Shown here piece after piece: positions 41,629-51,797 of a DNA stretch of 64,000 nt. The position numbers and the translations under genes were made by a program. Numbering within the stretch: the stretch's first letter is position 1; each line of letters opens with the position of its first letter. Origin of the DNA: Candidatus Latescibacterota bacterium (lineage in GTDB: Bacteria > Latescibacterota > UBA2968 > GCA-2709665); contig OZ242358.1 of the NCBI GenBank assembly GCA_965208835.1, positions 384,001 through 448,000 on the forward strand, given 5' to 3'. Below the pieces are notes generated by a model. The model saw nothing but the letters and a program-made list of their open reading frames with translations, was not told the origin of the DNA and made no database searches.

Positions 41629-42768
41629 CTACACTTCGGCCAATGCCTTTGCGAAGTCCGCGCACAGATCCTCGGCTGCCTCGATGCCGCACGCCACACG
41701 GACGAGGCCATCGGTTATTCCCAAATCCGACCGATCTACCGGGCTCATGCCGCTGTGCGAGGTGGCGGCCGGACGCGTAATGAGGGTTTCGACGCCTCCG
41801 AGACTGGGGGCCGTTACCGGCAACGTCAGCCCGGACAGCAGTTGCCCGGCCGCCGCCACGCCCCCCTCCAATTCAAAGCTCAACACCCCGCCCGCTCCGG
41901 CAAACAACCGATGCGCCCGCTCGTATTGCGGGTGGCCCTCCAGCCCCGGATAGTTCACCCGGGCCACCTGCTCCTGGCCGGTTAAAAAGCGCGCCAGAGT
42001 CAGACCGTTCTCATTGTGCTGGCGCATTCTGAGCGCCAACGTATTCAGGCCCCGCTGCAGAAGAAAACAGGCGTGTGTATCCAGCGAACCGCCCAGATGA
42101 TTCAGCTTGTGCCGGATCGCCTCGACGTGTTCGGAGGACCCAAGTATCGTGCCGGCGACCAGGTCGGAGTGACCGTTCAGGTACTTGGTCGCGCTGTGCA
42201 GTTCGATGTCGAAACCGATTTCCAGCGGGCGGAAATTGCAGGGTGAGGCAAAGGTATTGTCGATCAGGGAGACCAGCCCGTGTTCGCGGGCGAATTCCAC
42301 AACGGCCTCGAGATCGGCGACCTCCAGTAGCGGATTGGTCATGGTCTCCACGTAAATCGCCCGGGTCTCCGGACGGAGCTTGTCCGCCCACGTGTCCGGC
42401 GTGTTCCCGGCGATAAAGTCGAAATCAATCCCCATGCGCGGCGCATCCTGCGTCACGAAACTGTGCGTGCCCCCGTAGAGACAGTCCTGGATCAGCAGAT
42501 GATCACCGCTGTTGAGCACGGTAATCAATGCCGTGGTGATCGCGGCCATCCCGGAGCCGGTTACGAGCGCGTCTTCACCGCCGCAGACAGCGGCCAGCTT
42601 GGCATGCAGTGCGCGGTGATTGGGTGTGTTGTTCAGGCGGAGATAGCGAATGTCGTTGTAGTCCTGCTCGTCCTGTGAAACAAAGGTCGAACTCTGGAAG
42701 ATCGGCAGCACCACGGCGCCCTCGATTCGCTCCTCGCCGGCGTGAACGAGACGGGTTTGGATATCCAT
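41629..42768 (-). CDS. Cys/Met metabolism PLP-dependent enzyme (cystathionine or methionine gamma-lyase family)
   Basis: SGMAAI, YGGT, ETMTNP, DNTF, HSATKYLNGHSD, SLGGVETL. Confidence 0.92.
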   Translation of the reverse strand: MDIQTRLVHAGEERIEGAVVLPIFQSSTFVSQDEQDYNDIRYLRLNNTPNHRALHAKLAAVCGGEDALVTGSGMAAITTALITVLNSGDHLLIQDCLYGGTHSFVTQDAPRMGIDFDFIAGNTPDTWADKLRPETRAIYVETMTNPLLEVADLEAVVEFAREHGLVSLIDNTFASPCNFRPLEIGFDIELHSATKYLNGHSDLVAGTILGSSEHVEAIRHKLNHLGGSLDTHACFLLQRGLNTLALRMRQHNENGLTLARFLTGQEQVARVNYPGLEGHPQYERAHRLFAGAGGVLSFELEGGVAAAGQLLSGLTLPVTAPSLGGVETLITRPAATSHSGMSPVDRSDLGITDGLVRVACGIEAAEDLCADFAKALAEV

Positions 42769-42936
42769 AGTACTTTTCCTCGGGAAATTACAGCGTGACT
42801 TCTGCGCAAAATGGATGCATATATCTTGAATAATACATTAAACATGGATAGACAGGATGAACAGGATACAGAACACCAGCAGGAAGACCCGAAAACTTGG
42901 ATTATTTCAAATTCAATTACATTGAAGCGACAAGGC

Positions 42937-43041
42937 GGGCGCCCACAAGGGACGCCCCTACGAATTCAACGCCGGCGCGAAACCCGGATCGTTCAATTCG
43001 TAGAATTCTGGTTTTTGTAGGGGCGTCCCTTGTGGGCGCCC
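42937..43041. repeat. Inverted pair of GTAG-family REP-like palindromes
   Basis: GGGCGCCCACAAGGGACGCCCCTAC (42937-42961) and exact reverse complement (43017-43041). Confidence 0.82.
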
Positions 43042-43250
43042 CGCAGTCGTACCCGTTCGTCGATATTTAGTATAACTTCGATAATTCGAAAACGCGAGCC
43101 GTCACAGGTGAACATTACGAACAGGACGAAGACCCGATAGCCCGATAACCGCCCCGATTCGACGTCCACACTAGCCGACGTGACTCTTCGGCCTGTCCTT
43201 CATCGAACCCATTGTACCCTTAAACGCCTTCGGCGCAAAAAGGAAAAACC

Positions 43251-44669
43251 ATGCCCGAAAAAAACCAACTTAAGGCCGGAGCGGCGACGGTTGACATCAC
43301 GCCGCCGTTGGGGACGCACCTGGCCGGAAGCGGCGCCGGCGAGCACCGGCCGGCCGAGACCGTTCTGGATCCGCTCTCTGCAAGAGCCATTGTCTTCGAA
43401 GCCGGCCGGCGGCGTGTGTGCTTGGTGATCCTGGATCTGACGATTGTCACGCAGGACTACACGGACCGGATTCGCGCCGCTATCGCGGAGCGTACGGGCA
43501 TCCCTCCGGAGGTGATCATGGTCCAGGCCACCCAGACGCACTCCGCGCCGAGCCTGGGCTACTTCATGCTGGATCAGGATTTTCGCCTGGAGACCAGCGA
43601 GCAGACGGAGTACCTGCGCGGGGCCGAACGCGCCTACGGCGACCGGGCTGCCCCCGCCGCGGTCGAGGCCGCAGTCGAAGCGGCGGACAGGCTGCAACCC
43701 GCACGTATCGGCCTGGGGCGCGGCGTGTTGGGAGACCTGGCGTTCAATCGCCGCGGCATCCGGCGGGACGGAACCGTCATCATGCCCACCCGTCCGGGCC
43801 GGGAAGAAAGGCCGTTCGGAAACACGGATATCTGCTATCTCGAAGGACCCATGGACCCGGAAGTCGGCGTGTGCTGCGTCCAGGACCTGGATGAGCGACC
43901 GCTGGCATTTCTCCTGCACTACACCTGTCACCCGGTCAATGCGTTCAGTCATCGCGACACCTACCGGGGCGTGTCGGCGGATTGGCCCGGCGCATGGACG
44001 CGGGAGATGGAACAGCGTTTCGGCTCCGAAGCGGTGCCGCTTGTCGTCAACGGCTGCTGCGGAAATATCAACCCCAGGCATCCATTCGATTCGGACTACC
44101 GGCCTGACCACCGGCGAATGGGGCGCGAACTGGCCCGGATGACCGAACGAATCGTTCACAGCCTGGCGTTTGTCGACGACCCCTCTCCGCTGGCATTCAC
44201 CGTCGAAAACGTACGGCTTCCGTTCCGCGATATTCCAGCCGGGTGCCTGCGCGAGGTCGAAGCGATCCTGTCCGAGAATCCCCAACCGCCGCGCGGCGCA
44301 AACGGACAAGTGGACCCTCAGTGGTTCCGGGCCGCTTCGACCCGCAGCGTCGAACTGTGCCGGGAACGGGACGACGAATTCTCCTATGAAATCCAGGCGT
44401 TCCGCATCGGCGACCTGTGTGTTATCGGCCTTCCCGGTGAACCCTTTGTGGAAGGACAACTCGCACTAAAGACGAACTCGGCAGCGCCGTTTCTCTTTCC
44501 GGCGCACCTCACGACGCAATACGTTGGCTACCTGCCCACGCGGGAAGCATACAACCGTGGGGGACACGAGGCCAACGAAGACGTGACCTACTGGGCCAAA
44601 CTCGCGCCGGGCAGCCTCGAAACCGTAGTGGAAAGGGCTCGCGAACTGATAAACGGTCTGTTTGCGTGA
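43251..44669 (+). CDS. Neutral/alkaline ceramidase-like hydrolase
   Basis: VDITPP, DPLSARA, ATQTHSAP, NRR, HYTCHP, SADWPG, LPGEPF, YVGYLPT. Confidence 0.75.
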   Translation: MPEKNQLKAGAATVDITPPLGTHLAGSGAGEHRPAETVLDPLSARAIVFEAGRRRVCLVILDLTIVTQDYTDRIRAAIAERTGIPPEVIMVQATQTHSAPSLGYFMLDQDFRLETSEQTEYLRGAERAYGDRAAPAAVEAAVEAADRLQPARIGLGRGVLGDLAFNRRGIRRDGTVIMPTRPGREERPFGNTDICYLEGPMDPEVGVCCVQDLDERPLAFLLHYTCHPVNAFSHRDTYRGVSADWPGAWTREMEQRFGSEAVPLVVNGCCGNINPRHPFDSDYRPDHRRMGRELARMTERIVHSLAFVDDPSPLAFTVENVRLPFRDIPAGCLREVEAILSENPQPPRGANGQVDPQWFRAASTRSVELCRERDDEFSYEIQAFRIGDLCVIGLPGEPFVEGQLALKTNSAAPFLFPAHLTTQYVGYLPTREAYNRGGHEANEDVTYWAKLAPGSLETVVERARELINGLFA

Positions 44670-44826
44670 GCGACGAATCAGGGACCCTGCCGGACCATTG
44701 TGTACTCATTTTGCCAATTGCACATTGCAGACATCTGCCTGGTTTTTCCCGTTCTGTCCGGAATCCTGCAGGAAGATCGAATTATCGACGGCGTACACAT
44801 TCAATCTGAACAGTGGAGAATGTCCC

Positions 44827-45303
44827 GTGCAGAAAATCGTCACCAATCTGTGGTTTGACGGCCGGGTGGAGGAAGTGCTCGAACTCTACACGTCGTGTTT
44901 CGAAGACGCACGCGTTTCAAACGTTACGCGTTATACCGAAGCCGGCATGGGCAACGCCGGCGATATCATGACTGCCGAATTTGAACTGGCGGGACAGGGG
45001 TTCTGCATCATCAACGGCGGTCCCATGTACACACACAGCCCGGCGATGTCGCTGTCCGTAAATTGTGACGATCAGAACGAGGTGGACGCACTATGGGAAC
45101 GCCTGACAGCCGATGGCGGCGAAGAAGGCCGATGCGGCTGGCTCACCGACCGCTTCGGCGTTTCCTGGCAAATCGTGCCCACCGCGCTGGGAGAAATGAT
45201 GGCCAGCGACGACACGGCGGCGGTCGAACGCGTCACCGCCGCAATTATGAAGATGAACAAGCTGGATATCGCCGGGATGGAGAAGGCGTTCCGCAATGAG
45301 TAA
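44827..45303 (+). CDS. VOC/PhnB-like (3-demethylubiquinone-9 3-methyltransferase domain) protein
   Basis: QKIVTNLWFD, NGGP, CGWLTDRFGVSWQIVP; GTG 44827 with GGAG RBS. Confidence 0.88.
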   Translation: MQKIVTNLWFDGRVEEVLELYTSCFEDARVSNVTRYTEAGMGNAGDIMTAEFELAGQGFCIINGGPMYTHSPAMSLSVNCDDQNEVDALWERLTADGGEEGRCGWLTDRFGVSWQIVPTALGEMMASDDTAAVERVTAAIMKMNKLDIAGMEKAFRNE

Positions 45304-45389
45304 GCATCACGCGCCGATGGACGCCTTCCCCGGCTCGCAGCGGTCGCCGATCCAGTCAAGATTTCAATCGACAACAATGGGGAGGATTT

Positions 45390-45773
45390 ATGACCGAGAG
45401 TGACCGCTACGAAGCAGGCCGCAGGGTTCTTTCGTCGATGCTCGGAGAGGCCGCTGCAAAGGACTCCGCCGAAAAGATGCGCAAACTTCATCCGGAGTTC
45501 GAGCGGCTCGTGATGGAGCAGGTGATGCATGACCTGTACGGACGGGACGGGCTGGACATCAAAACCCGTCTGCTGTGCACGATCGCGGCCTTGACGGTTC
45601 TCGGCAGACCGCAACAACTTGCTGTTCACATTGACCGGGCTCTTGGTTGTGGCTCGACGACGACGGAGATAGAGGAGGTCATGCTGCAGATGAGCGCCTT
45701 CGGCGGATTTCCGGCGACTTGGGATGCGCTGACTGTTCTCCAGGGACAGAAACGGGTAGACGGTAGACGGTAG
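45390..45773 (+). CDS. Carboxymuconolactone decarboxylase family protein
   Basis: YGRDGLDIKTRLLCTIAAL, QLAVH, GFP; stop codon lies inside repeat copy E. Confidence 0.85.
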   Translation: MTESDRYEAGRRVLSSMLGEAAAKDSAEKMRKLHPEFERLVMEQVMHDLYGRDGLDIKTRLLCTIAALTVLGRPQQLAVHIDRALGCGSTTTEIEEVMLQMSAFGGFPATWDALTVLQGQKRVDGRR

Positions 45774-45963
45774 ACGGGAGAAAAAAGGCGGGTAGAGGTA
45801 AGAAGGTAGACGGTAGATGATATCCTTGCCCGGTGTGTTTTTCCTTTCTGCCTCCGGCACGAGAAGAATCCTTACAAGGCTGGAAATCTCTCCCGTCTCA
45901 CGTCTTGCGTCTCACCAGGTGGTGGGGCGGCGTGTGGTCCTCTACCGGCTACCGTCTCACCGC
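45753..45963 (+). repeat. Heptamer-armed element, copy E (nested, doubled arms)
   Basis: (GGTAGAC)n arms; same nested layout as 35510-35726. Confidence 0.78.
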
Positions 45964-46035
45964 TCTTGGTCTACACTATACCCGCATTCAGGCTTTTTGT
46001 GGCTAATTTGACTGGTGTCTTTTTTGGAATTGAGG

Positions 46036-47583
46036 TTAATCCCGGTCGAAAAGATGCGCCTGGGTATTGTTCGCAAGCGCCAATTCGTAGCAAACGGCCT
46101 CGCTATCCGTGCGCACCAGCAGATAGGGTGCGGCAAAGGACGGGGGATTCCAGGTTTTGCCCGCGAAGGCTGTCATGCGCGCCAGTTCGACGTGGCGGTC
46201 GGGTCGGGCCTCGACCAGTACCACGTCGCCCGATTCGCTCATGATCAGCAGGACATCACCTATCAGGATGAGCTGGCCGTGGCCGTAGCGCCCGCGCTTC
46301 CAGCGGCGCTTGCCGTCTTGCGGATCGAGGCAGACCAGCACCCCGTCGTCGAGGCCATAGACAAAACCATCGCGATGGACCATGTTGGCGAATTTTGCCT
46401 TGAGTCGAGGGCTTTTCCAGACGATATCGCTTGTTAAGTTGCCGCCGGGCGCGGCGTTTACCTGATACAGCCTGGCGCCAATGCCGTAGCCGGTGGAGGC
46501 CAGAACCCGGTTCCCGGGCAAGGGCAGGGGGTTGGCAACGCATTGGACCTGTTCCCAGGGCTGACGCCAGAGGGGAACTCCGCTGTTCGGATCGTGTGCG
46601 ACGACGCTATGGCTGTTGAAAATCAGAATCTGCTCGCGTCCGGCCAGCGTGACCAGACGCGGCGAGCTGTAGCCGGCCCTGTCCGTGCCCCCGCCCCAGA
46701 CAAACGCGCCGGTCTGGCGGTGATAGGCAACCAGCGAGCGCTCATCCGGGCCGCCAGCACTGACCACAACGAGCGTGTCGAGGACCAGCGGCGAACAGCT
46801 GATGCCCCACACATTGGCCTCAGCCCGGTTGTCGGCGAGGATGTCCCTCGACCAGACTAGCGCCCCGGTGGCCAGATCCAGGCAATTGAGGATGCCTGTA
46901 GCGCCCAGGGTGAAGATCCGGTCTCCAGCGATGGCAGGCGTGGCGCGCGGACCGATGCCGGCGACGGCGGACTCGTAGCGAGTCGAGTCGGCGTGTTGCC
47001 AGAGCTTGCGGCCCGTTGCCAGGTCGTAGCAGACAACCTGCTCTTCGGGGCCGTGTTGCTCCTGAGTTACGGCCCGGCCTCCGGCAACGGCAAATGAAGA
47101 CCATGCGGCGCCGACGGGCCGACGCCAGATTTCGCGCGGCGGGCGCCTGGTCCAGTCGCGCTCGAGGTGGACGCCTCGGAGGCGGTTGTCGCGCTCGGGG
47201 CCGAGAAATTGCGGCCAATCGCGGGCGTCGAGCGCGGTGGCGTCCCCGCCTTCCGCGACGGCGGCCTCGTCCTCAGCGTTCCAACGCCATTCGAGGACCG
47301 GTACGAAGTCGCCGCTCAACCCCTTGATGCGAAAAAACCCGATGCCAAGCGCAATGGCGAAGACGATGCCGCCGAAATAGCGCAGGCGCTGCCTCCAGGC
47401 CAGCCGGGACGCAAAGAGCAGCCAGAGCAAAGCAAGGATAACGGCGAGTATAAAGATGCCCATGGTGCGCATGACCTGTTGCTGGCGATGGAGGGATTCG
47501 GGCAACCAGATCAGCAGGAGCGCCAGAACAACGATGCCTCCGAGAAAATAGAGAGGCCATAAGCGAGGGCCGGTCGTGGACAT
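46036..47583 (-). CDS. Membrane-anchored PQQ-binding-like beta-propeller protein
   Basis: Three N-terminal TMs, DWPQFLGPERD, GPRATP, repeated LD..TG...W blades. Confidence 0.85.
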   Translation of the reverse strand: MSTTGPRLWPLYFLGGIVVLALLLIWLPESLHRQQQVMRTMGIFILAVILALLWLLFASRLAWRQRLRYFGGIVFAIALGIGFFRIKGLSGDFVPVLEWRWNAEDEAAVAEGGDATALDARDWPQFLGPERDNRLRGVHLERDWTRRPPREIWRRPVGAAWSSFAVAGGRAVTQEQHGPEEQVVCYDLATGRKLWQHADSTRYESAVAGIGPRATPAIAGDRIFTLGATGILNCLDLATGALVWSRDILADNRAEANVWGISCSPLVLDTLVVVSAGGPDERSLVAYHRQTGAFVWGGGTDRAGYSSPRLVTLAGREQILIFNSHSVVAHDPNSGVPLWRQPWEQVQCVANPLPLPGNRVLASTGYGIGARLYQVNAAPGGNLTSDIVWKSPRLKAKFANMVHRDGFVYGLDDGVLVCLDPQDGKRRWKRGRYGHGQLILIGDVLLIMSESGDVVLVEARPDRHVELARMTAFAGKTWNPPSFAAPYLLVRTDSEAVCYELALANNTQAHLFDRD

Positions 47584-47689
47584 GGGTACTATTCGCCTCC
47601 GGTGACGGTCTCCAGGCGGACGCAATCACCGCCGGTGACCGAGAGAGTAAGGGGGCCGCTGCGAAACACGCCAATGGACAGGCTATGGT

Positions 47690-48061
47690 TCAGTCGATGG
47701 CGTAGGCTTCGATCTCGACGACCAGATGCGGTTTGAGCAGCGCGGCTACGACAACCAGGGTCGAGGCCGGCAAAATCTCGCCAAACACCTCGTGGTGAGC
47801 ACGGGTGACGCCATCAGCATGGGCTACATCCGTGATGTACACGACCGTTCGCACCACGTCTTCGAGGCTTGCACCGGTCTCGTCGAGCGCCGTGGCGATG
47901 ATTCCCAATGCGCTCCGTGCCTGCTCGTAGGCATCGGCACGGTCATGCGGCGGCTGGGCGCAGGTACCGGCGACATGGATATGACGGTCCGCACGCACGG
48001 CGCGTGAATAACCAAACTCCGCGCCAAATGGACTGCTGGTCGGTATATGTTTGCGTTTCAT
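47690..48061 (-). CDS. RidA/YjgF family protein
   Basis: GYSRAV, VAGT, DVVRT, PASTLV, VEIEA. Confidence 0.9.
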   Translation of the reverse strand: MKRKHIPTSSPFGAEFGYSRAVRADRHIHVAGTCAQPPHDRADAYEQARSALGIIATALDETGASLEDVVRTVVYITDVAHADGVTRAHHEVFGEILPASTLVVVAALLKPHLVVEIEAYAID

Positions 48062-48079
48062 GGTTTCCCTTTATCATAA

Positions 48080-48267
48080 GAAGCTGTCCTAAAATCCCCA
48101 GCGGTCTTCGCGCGGCTGCAAAAGCGCCGGTCGGCGTTGGTCAAATCCACCCAAGAGTGGCGAGGGGCGCGCAGCCACGATACATTGGATATGGGCGGAT
48201 TTTCCCGCCTTGACCGCCACTTTTTCGCTCGCGCTCGGGAACTCACCGGGAATTTTAAAACAGCTTC
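48080..48267. mobile_element. MITE-like element flanked by TAA direct repeats
   Basis: TAA-GAAGCTGTCCTAAAATCCC ... GGGAATTTTAAAACAGCTTC-TAA. Confidence 0.65.
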
Positions 48268-48427
48268 TAAAGGTTTCTTCGACCGGCGCCCACTCCTCCA
48301 ACAGGGCCGCCTGACCCTTGCAAACGTCTTCGGCGAATTGCATATTGCCGATATCGTTGCGACACAACCCGGTGCGTACGCGGTGGACCATCAGAAGAAA
48401 CAGCATCCATGAGTTATGCCCTAGTGT

Positions 48428-49186
48428 TCACTCCGCGTCGAGGATGTAGCGCGCGAGCGGCGAGATCCGACGGGCGGTTTCGGGCCGCAGGTACTCGCGC
48501 TGGTTGGTCTGCTGCGGGTGCTCGCGGGCGATAAAGGCGCAATGCAGGGTGCGGCGAGGGGCGTCGCTGAGGTTACGGTACGAGCTGTGAAAGAGGCTCC
48601 CGTTGAAGATAGCGACCGAGCCGGCGCATCCAATCAGTTGTACCTGGTCCGGGTGATCGACCATGCCATCGGTTACGTGGTCGCGTATACCGCCAGGCTT
48701 GCGGTGGCTTCCCGGTACACAGCGGGTCGCGCCGTTGACCCGGGTAAAGTCGTCGAGCATCCACATCGAATTGACGACGTGATAGGGCCCGCCGGGCACG
48801 ATGGGTTGCCCCCAGTCCGCGTGCAGGCCCTGTAAGCCGCTTCCGGGCAGCGGATCGTGTCCGTTGAGCGAGTGCAGCTTGAACGGCCGCCGCAGGACGT
48901 GCCAGACCGCCGAGAGAAGTGTCGGCTGCAGGTACACATTGTCGAAGACCGCTCCCTTGTTGACCAGGTCGGCGAGGCGGCGCACGCCCTCCATCTGGGC
49001 GACTTCAGCGCCGGCTTTGTCGCCTTCGCTGGTGAAGATCTCGTCGAAAGCACGCCGCAGAGCGGCCAGCCAGTCGGGTGCGATGACGTCTTCAAGAATG
49101 ACGAAACCGTCGGCATCCAGCGCGTGGCATTGCGGCGGCGTCAGCGGCCCGGGGACAAAACCCCGATTCAACAATTCGCTGTCCAT
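48428..49186 (-). CDS. Phytanoyl-CoA dioxygenase (PhyH) family
   Basis: LHAD, NGATRCVPGSH, LFHS...RR. Confidence 0.9.
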   Translation of the reverse strand: MDSELLNRGFVPGPLTPPQCHALDADGFVILEDVIAPDWLAALRRAFDEIFTSEGDKAGAEVAQMEGVRRLADLVNKGAVFDNVYLQPTLLSAVWHVLRRPFKLHSLNGHDPLPGSGLQGLHADWGQPIVPGGPYHVVNSMWMLDDFTRVNGATRCVPGSHRKPGGIRDHVTDGMVDHPDQVQLIGCAGSVAIFNGSLFHSSYRNLSDAPRRTLHCAFIAREHPQQTNQREYLRPETARRISPLARYILDAE

Positions 49187-49213
49187 TGTGGATGATCCTC
49201 AGAAAAGTGCACG

Positions 49214-49804
49214 ATGCCACGTAGAAGCAGAGTCCTCGGCGTTGGCGATACAGCCCCCTTGTTTACCCTCCCCTCGCACCAGCAACGAGACGTGTCGCTG
49301 GCATCGTATCGGGAAAAGGAAAACGTCGTTCTGACGTTTTTCCGGGGGACCTGGTGACGCAGAAGCCGTCGTCAGTTGGCGATCGTACAGGAACATGTCG
49401 AAGCGTACGCAGAATGGAACGCGATGTCGATTGCCATCGGCGCAGGACAGCCGCCGGGCGAAATGCGCGAATACGCCGAAAGCAACGGCATCACCTTTCC
49501 GCTTCTGGCGGACGAAGACTGGAGCGTCATCAGAAGTTACGGGGTACGCCACTGGTTCGCCCTGGCGATGCACAACGTCGTCTACACCATCGTCCGCCCC
49601 GCGACGTTCGTCATCGACAAACTCGGCTTTGCGTTACATGAATGGACCGGCCTGGCGAATCACGGCCTGAGCAACAGCATTGCCCGACCAGCGACGTTTA
49701 TCATCGACAGACGCGGCGTGATCAGATATACGTACATCGGATCGAGTCAGTTCGATCTGCCCGAACAGCAGGAAATACTCGAACACCTGGAATCGCTGGC
49801 GTAG
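49214..49804 (+). CDS. Candidate selenoprotein, AhpC/TSA (peroxiredoxin-like) family, Sec48 from UGA at 49355-49357 (196 aa)
   Basis: Manual translation MPRRSRVLGVGDTAPLFTLP...VVLTFFRGTW-TGA-RRSRRQL continues in frame into ORF 49376..49804 (FPLLAD, RPATFIID..GVIRY). Confidence 0.8.
49367..49385 (+). promoter_or_regulatory. SECIS-like hairpin
   Basis: CG-TCGTC-AGTT-GGCGA-T-CG; upper stem starts 11 nt after the UGA. Confidence 0.6.
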
Positions 49805-49847
49805 CGATTTAATCAAGGCAGGAGTTCTAGCCCGGCCCCTTAGAATC

Positions 49848-49969
49848 GAGTAGACGGAAGAGGGGAGAGATTACCTGCCTTGTGAGGCTTCTTTTCGTGC
49901 CGAAGGCAAAAAAGTACAAAATAGCGGGCAAGGATTTCTTCTACCGTCTTGCCTCTACCCTCTCACCGC
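49848..49969 (-). repeat. Heptamer-armed element, copy F (reverse orientation)
   Basis: Core GTGCCGAAGGCAAAAAAGTAC..AATAGCGGGCAAGGATTTC as in 57277 and 57603 copies. Confidence 0.8.
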
Positions 49970-50082
49970 CTTGAACACGTCGCGACGTTCGAATAGCGTG
50001 GGTCTGCCAGGAAATCAACCAAGGGTCCATTGTCGGCGGCTTGATCTTCCCGCCAATGATTCAATCCATTCAGGAGACGCTC

Positions 50083-50853
50083 ATGCTTTCGCAAGCACAG
50101 TTGGCGCAATATGACCGGGACGGGTACGTGATGGTGTCGGGGCTGATTCCGGAAAAGACAATCGCCGCCGCGGAGGCGGCGATGTGGTCTGTCCTCGGCA
50201 TGGATCGGGACGATCCGGCTTCGTGGTCTCCTTTACCGGACAATGCCGATGGCGTAACGACGGTGGCCAGCCAGGGGGTGGTTGAACATTTCGGGCTCAA
50301 GGACCCTGAGTTGCTGGCGTGTTGTACTCCCGCGTTTTACGACGTGCAGAGCCAGCTTGCCCGCAAGAATGAGGCGGCGTTTCGCTGCCAGAGACCTCAG
50401 CCCGAGGCGGTGTGGACGCGCAGCGTATTTCCGGTGTCGGGAAGCTGGAGTCACCACAGCGGGCATGCCGATGGCGTACATCGACCGTTCAGCATCTTTC
50501 CCGGATCATTCCGCGTTTCGTCGCTGACGTATCTCGATTCCGGTGTCGCGCAGGGTGGCGGAACGGCAGTCTGGCCGGGTTCGCATCGCACGCTCAGAGA
50601 TGGGGCGGTGCGGGATCCCGACAGGTTTCGCATGCTGCCGGATTTACAGAACCCAACCCAAAAGTTCGATCTGAGCGCGCCGATCGAGTTAACGCCGTCC
50701 CGGGGCGACGTCCTGTTCTTTCATTACCTGCTGGTACACGCCGGGTCGCTCAATACCGGCAGCAAACCGCGTTTCGCAATCCGATGGATGTGTACCTGCG
50801 ACCCCTGCCGCATCTGGGAAAAGCACGGCAGATGGAATATCTGGATGCCGTGA
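50083..50853 (+). CDS. Phytanoyl-CoA dioxygenase (PhyH) family
   Basis: GHADG, GGGTAVWPGSH, GDVLFFHYLLVHAG...PRF; AGGAG RBS. Confidence 0.85.
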   Translation: MLSQAQLAQYDRDGYVMVSGLIPEKTIAAAEAAMWSVLGMDRDDPASWSPLPDNADGVTTVASQGVVEHFGLKDPELLACCTPAFYDVQSQLARKNEAAFRCQRPQPEAVWTRSVFPVSGSWSHHSGHADGVHRPFSIFPGSFRVSSLTYLDSGVAQGGGTAVWPGSHRTLRDGAVRDPDRFRMLPDLQNPTQKFDLSAPIELTPSRGDVLFFHYLLVHAGSLNTGSKPRFAIRWMCTCDPCRIWEKHGRWNIWMP

Positions 50854-50869
50854 AACTTGATGTCCTGTC

Positions 50870-51748
50870 CTACCCCTTCTCTTCCATAAACGCCTCGTAC
50901 AACGCCAGCGGCTGCGTCATCGATTCGTCGATTTCGGTGACGGCGAACCGCACCTGCACGGTCCGTTCATCCCCAACGCGGAAGTCATCTCCGAACAGCG
51001 AGAGGTAGAGCGGATTCTGGTCCCTGAACGGGTCCTTCATGTTCTCGCTCTGGTACCCGCTGATGACCGCGTAACAGTCCTGAGGCCTGGACATCAGTAC
51101 GCCTGCAACGCCCGTTTCCAGGTTCGCGCTCATGATCACCGGCGATTCGAAAAACCGTTGAGGGTTCCACTGGTAGAGGCCCCAGATCCGGTCCCATCGT
51201 CCATCGGTAGACCGGCGCGCGGCGTGCTGGTCCCTCGAGAATACCAGTCCCGTGCCCACGAAAACGTCATTCACTTCAGGCGCGATCCATCGCGCCTGAT
51301 CGGCCGGAATATCGAACGGACTGCCCTGGACATACACGTACGGCCGCAGGGACAGGTCGAAATAGTTGGAAAGGAACACTTCATAAGCCGGGTACGGCCA
51401 GTTCGACTTCACGGTAATGGACAGGTCCACCGCGTTGGGTTCCACAACCTCGTACCTGGCGGTCATCTCCGCTTTGTGATTGTCCGTGGGCGCCCAGTGT
51501 ACGCCGATCGCATTGCCCTCGGCCGTAATGCTGCGTTCGTTCTCCCGGGCCTGCCCCATGCAGTGATTCTGTGAAAACATGAAGAACAGATTCAGGAGGT
51601 CGTACTTCGGATGTACGACCTGCGCGCCCGTCGGCTTGTGCGTCAACTCCTTGATCCCATGCCGGTCCCCGTCCGGCTGGATGTAGCCCGCCATCTGCTC
51701 CGTCTCGAAGTGCCAGACGTCCTGTCCGGCATCGTGCCTCAGCGCCAT
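50870..51748 (-). CDS. Hypothetical protein
   Basis: 292-aa ORF with GGAGG RBS, co-oriented with upstream gene; no motif recognised. Confidence 0.7.
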   Translation of the reverse strand: MALRHDAGQDVWHFETEQMAGYIQPDGDRHGIKELTHKPTGAQVVHPKYDLLNLFFMFSQNHCMGQARENERSITAEGNAIGVHWAPTDNHKAEMTARYEVVEPNAVDLSITVKSNWPYPAYEVFLSNYFDLSLRPYVYVQGSPFDIPADQARWIAPEVNDVFVGTGLVFSRDQHAARRSTDGRWDRIWGLYQWNPQRFFESPVIMSANLETGVAGVLMSRPQDCYAVISGYQSENMKDPFRDQNPLYLSLFGDDFRVGDERTVQVRFAVTEIDESMTQPLALYEAFMEEKG

Positions 51749-51797
51749 TTCAACGCCTCCCTTCTGAATGACAATCCTGTTTCAGTTGCGCGCCGCC

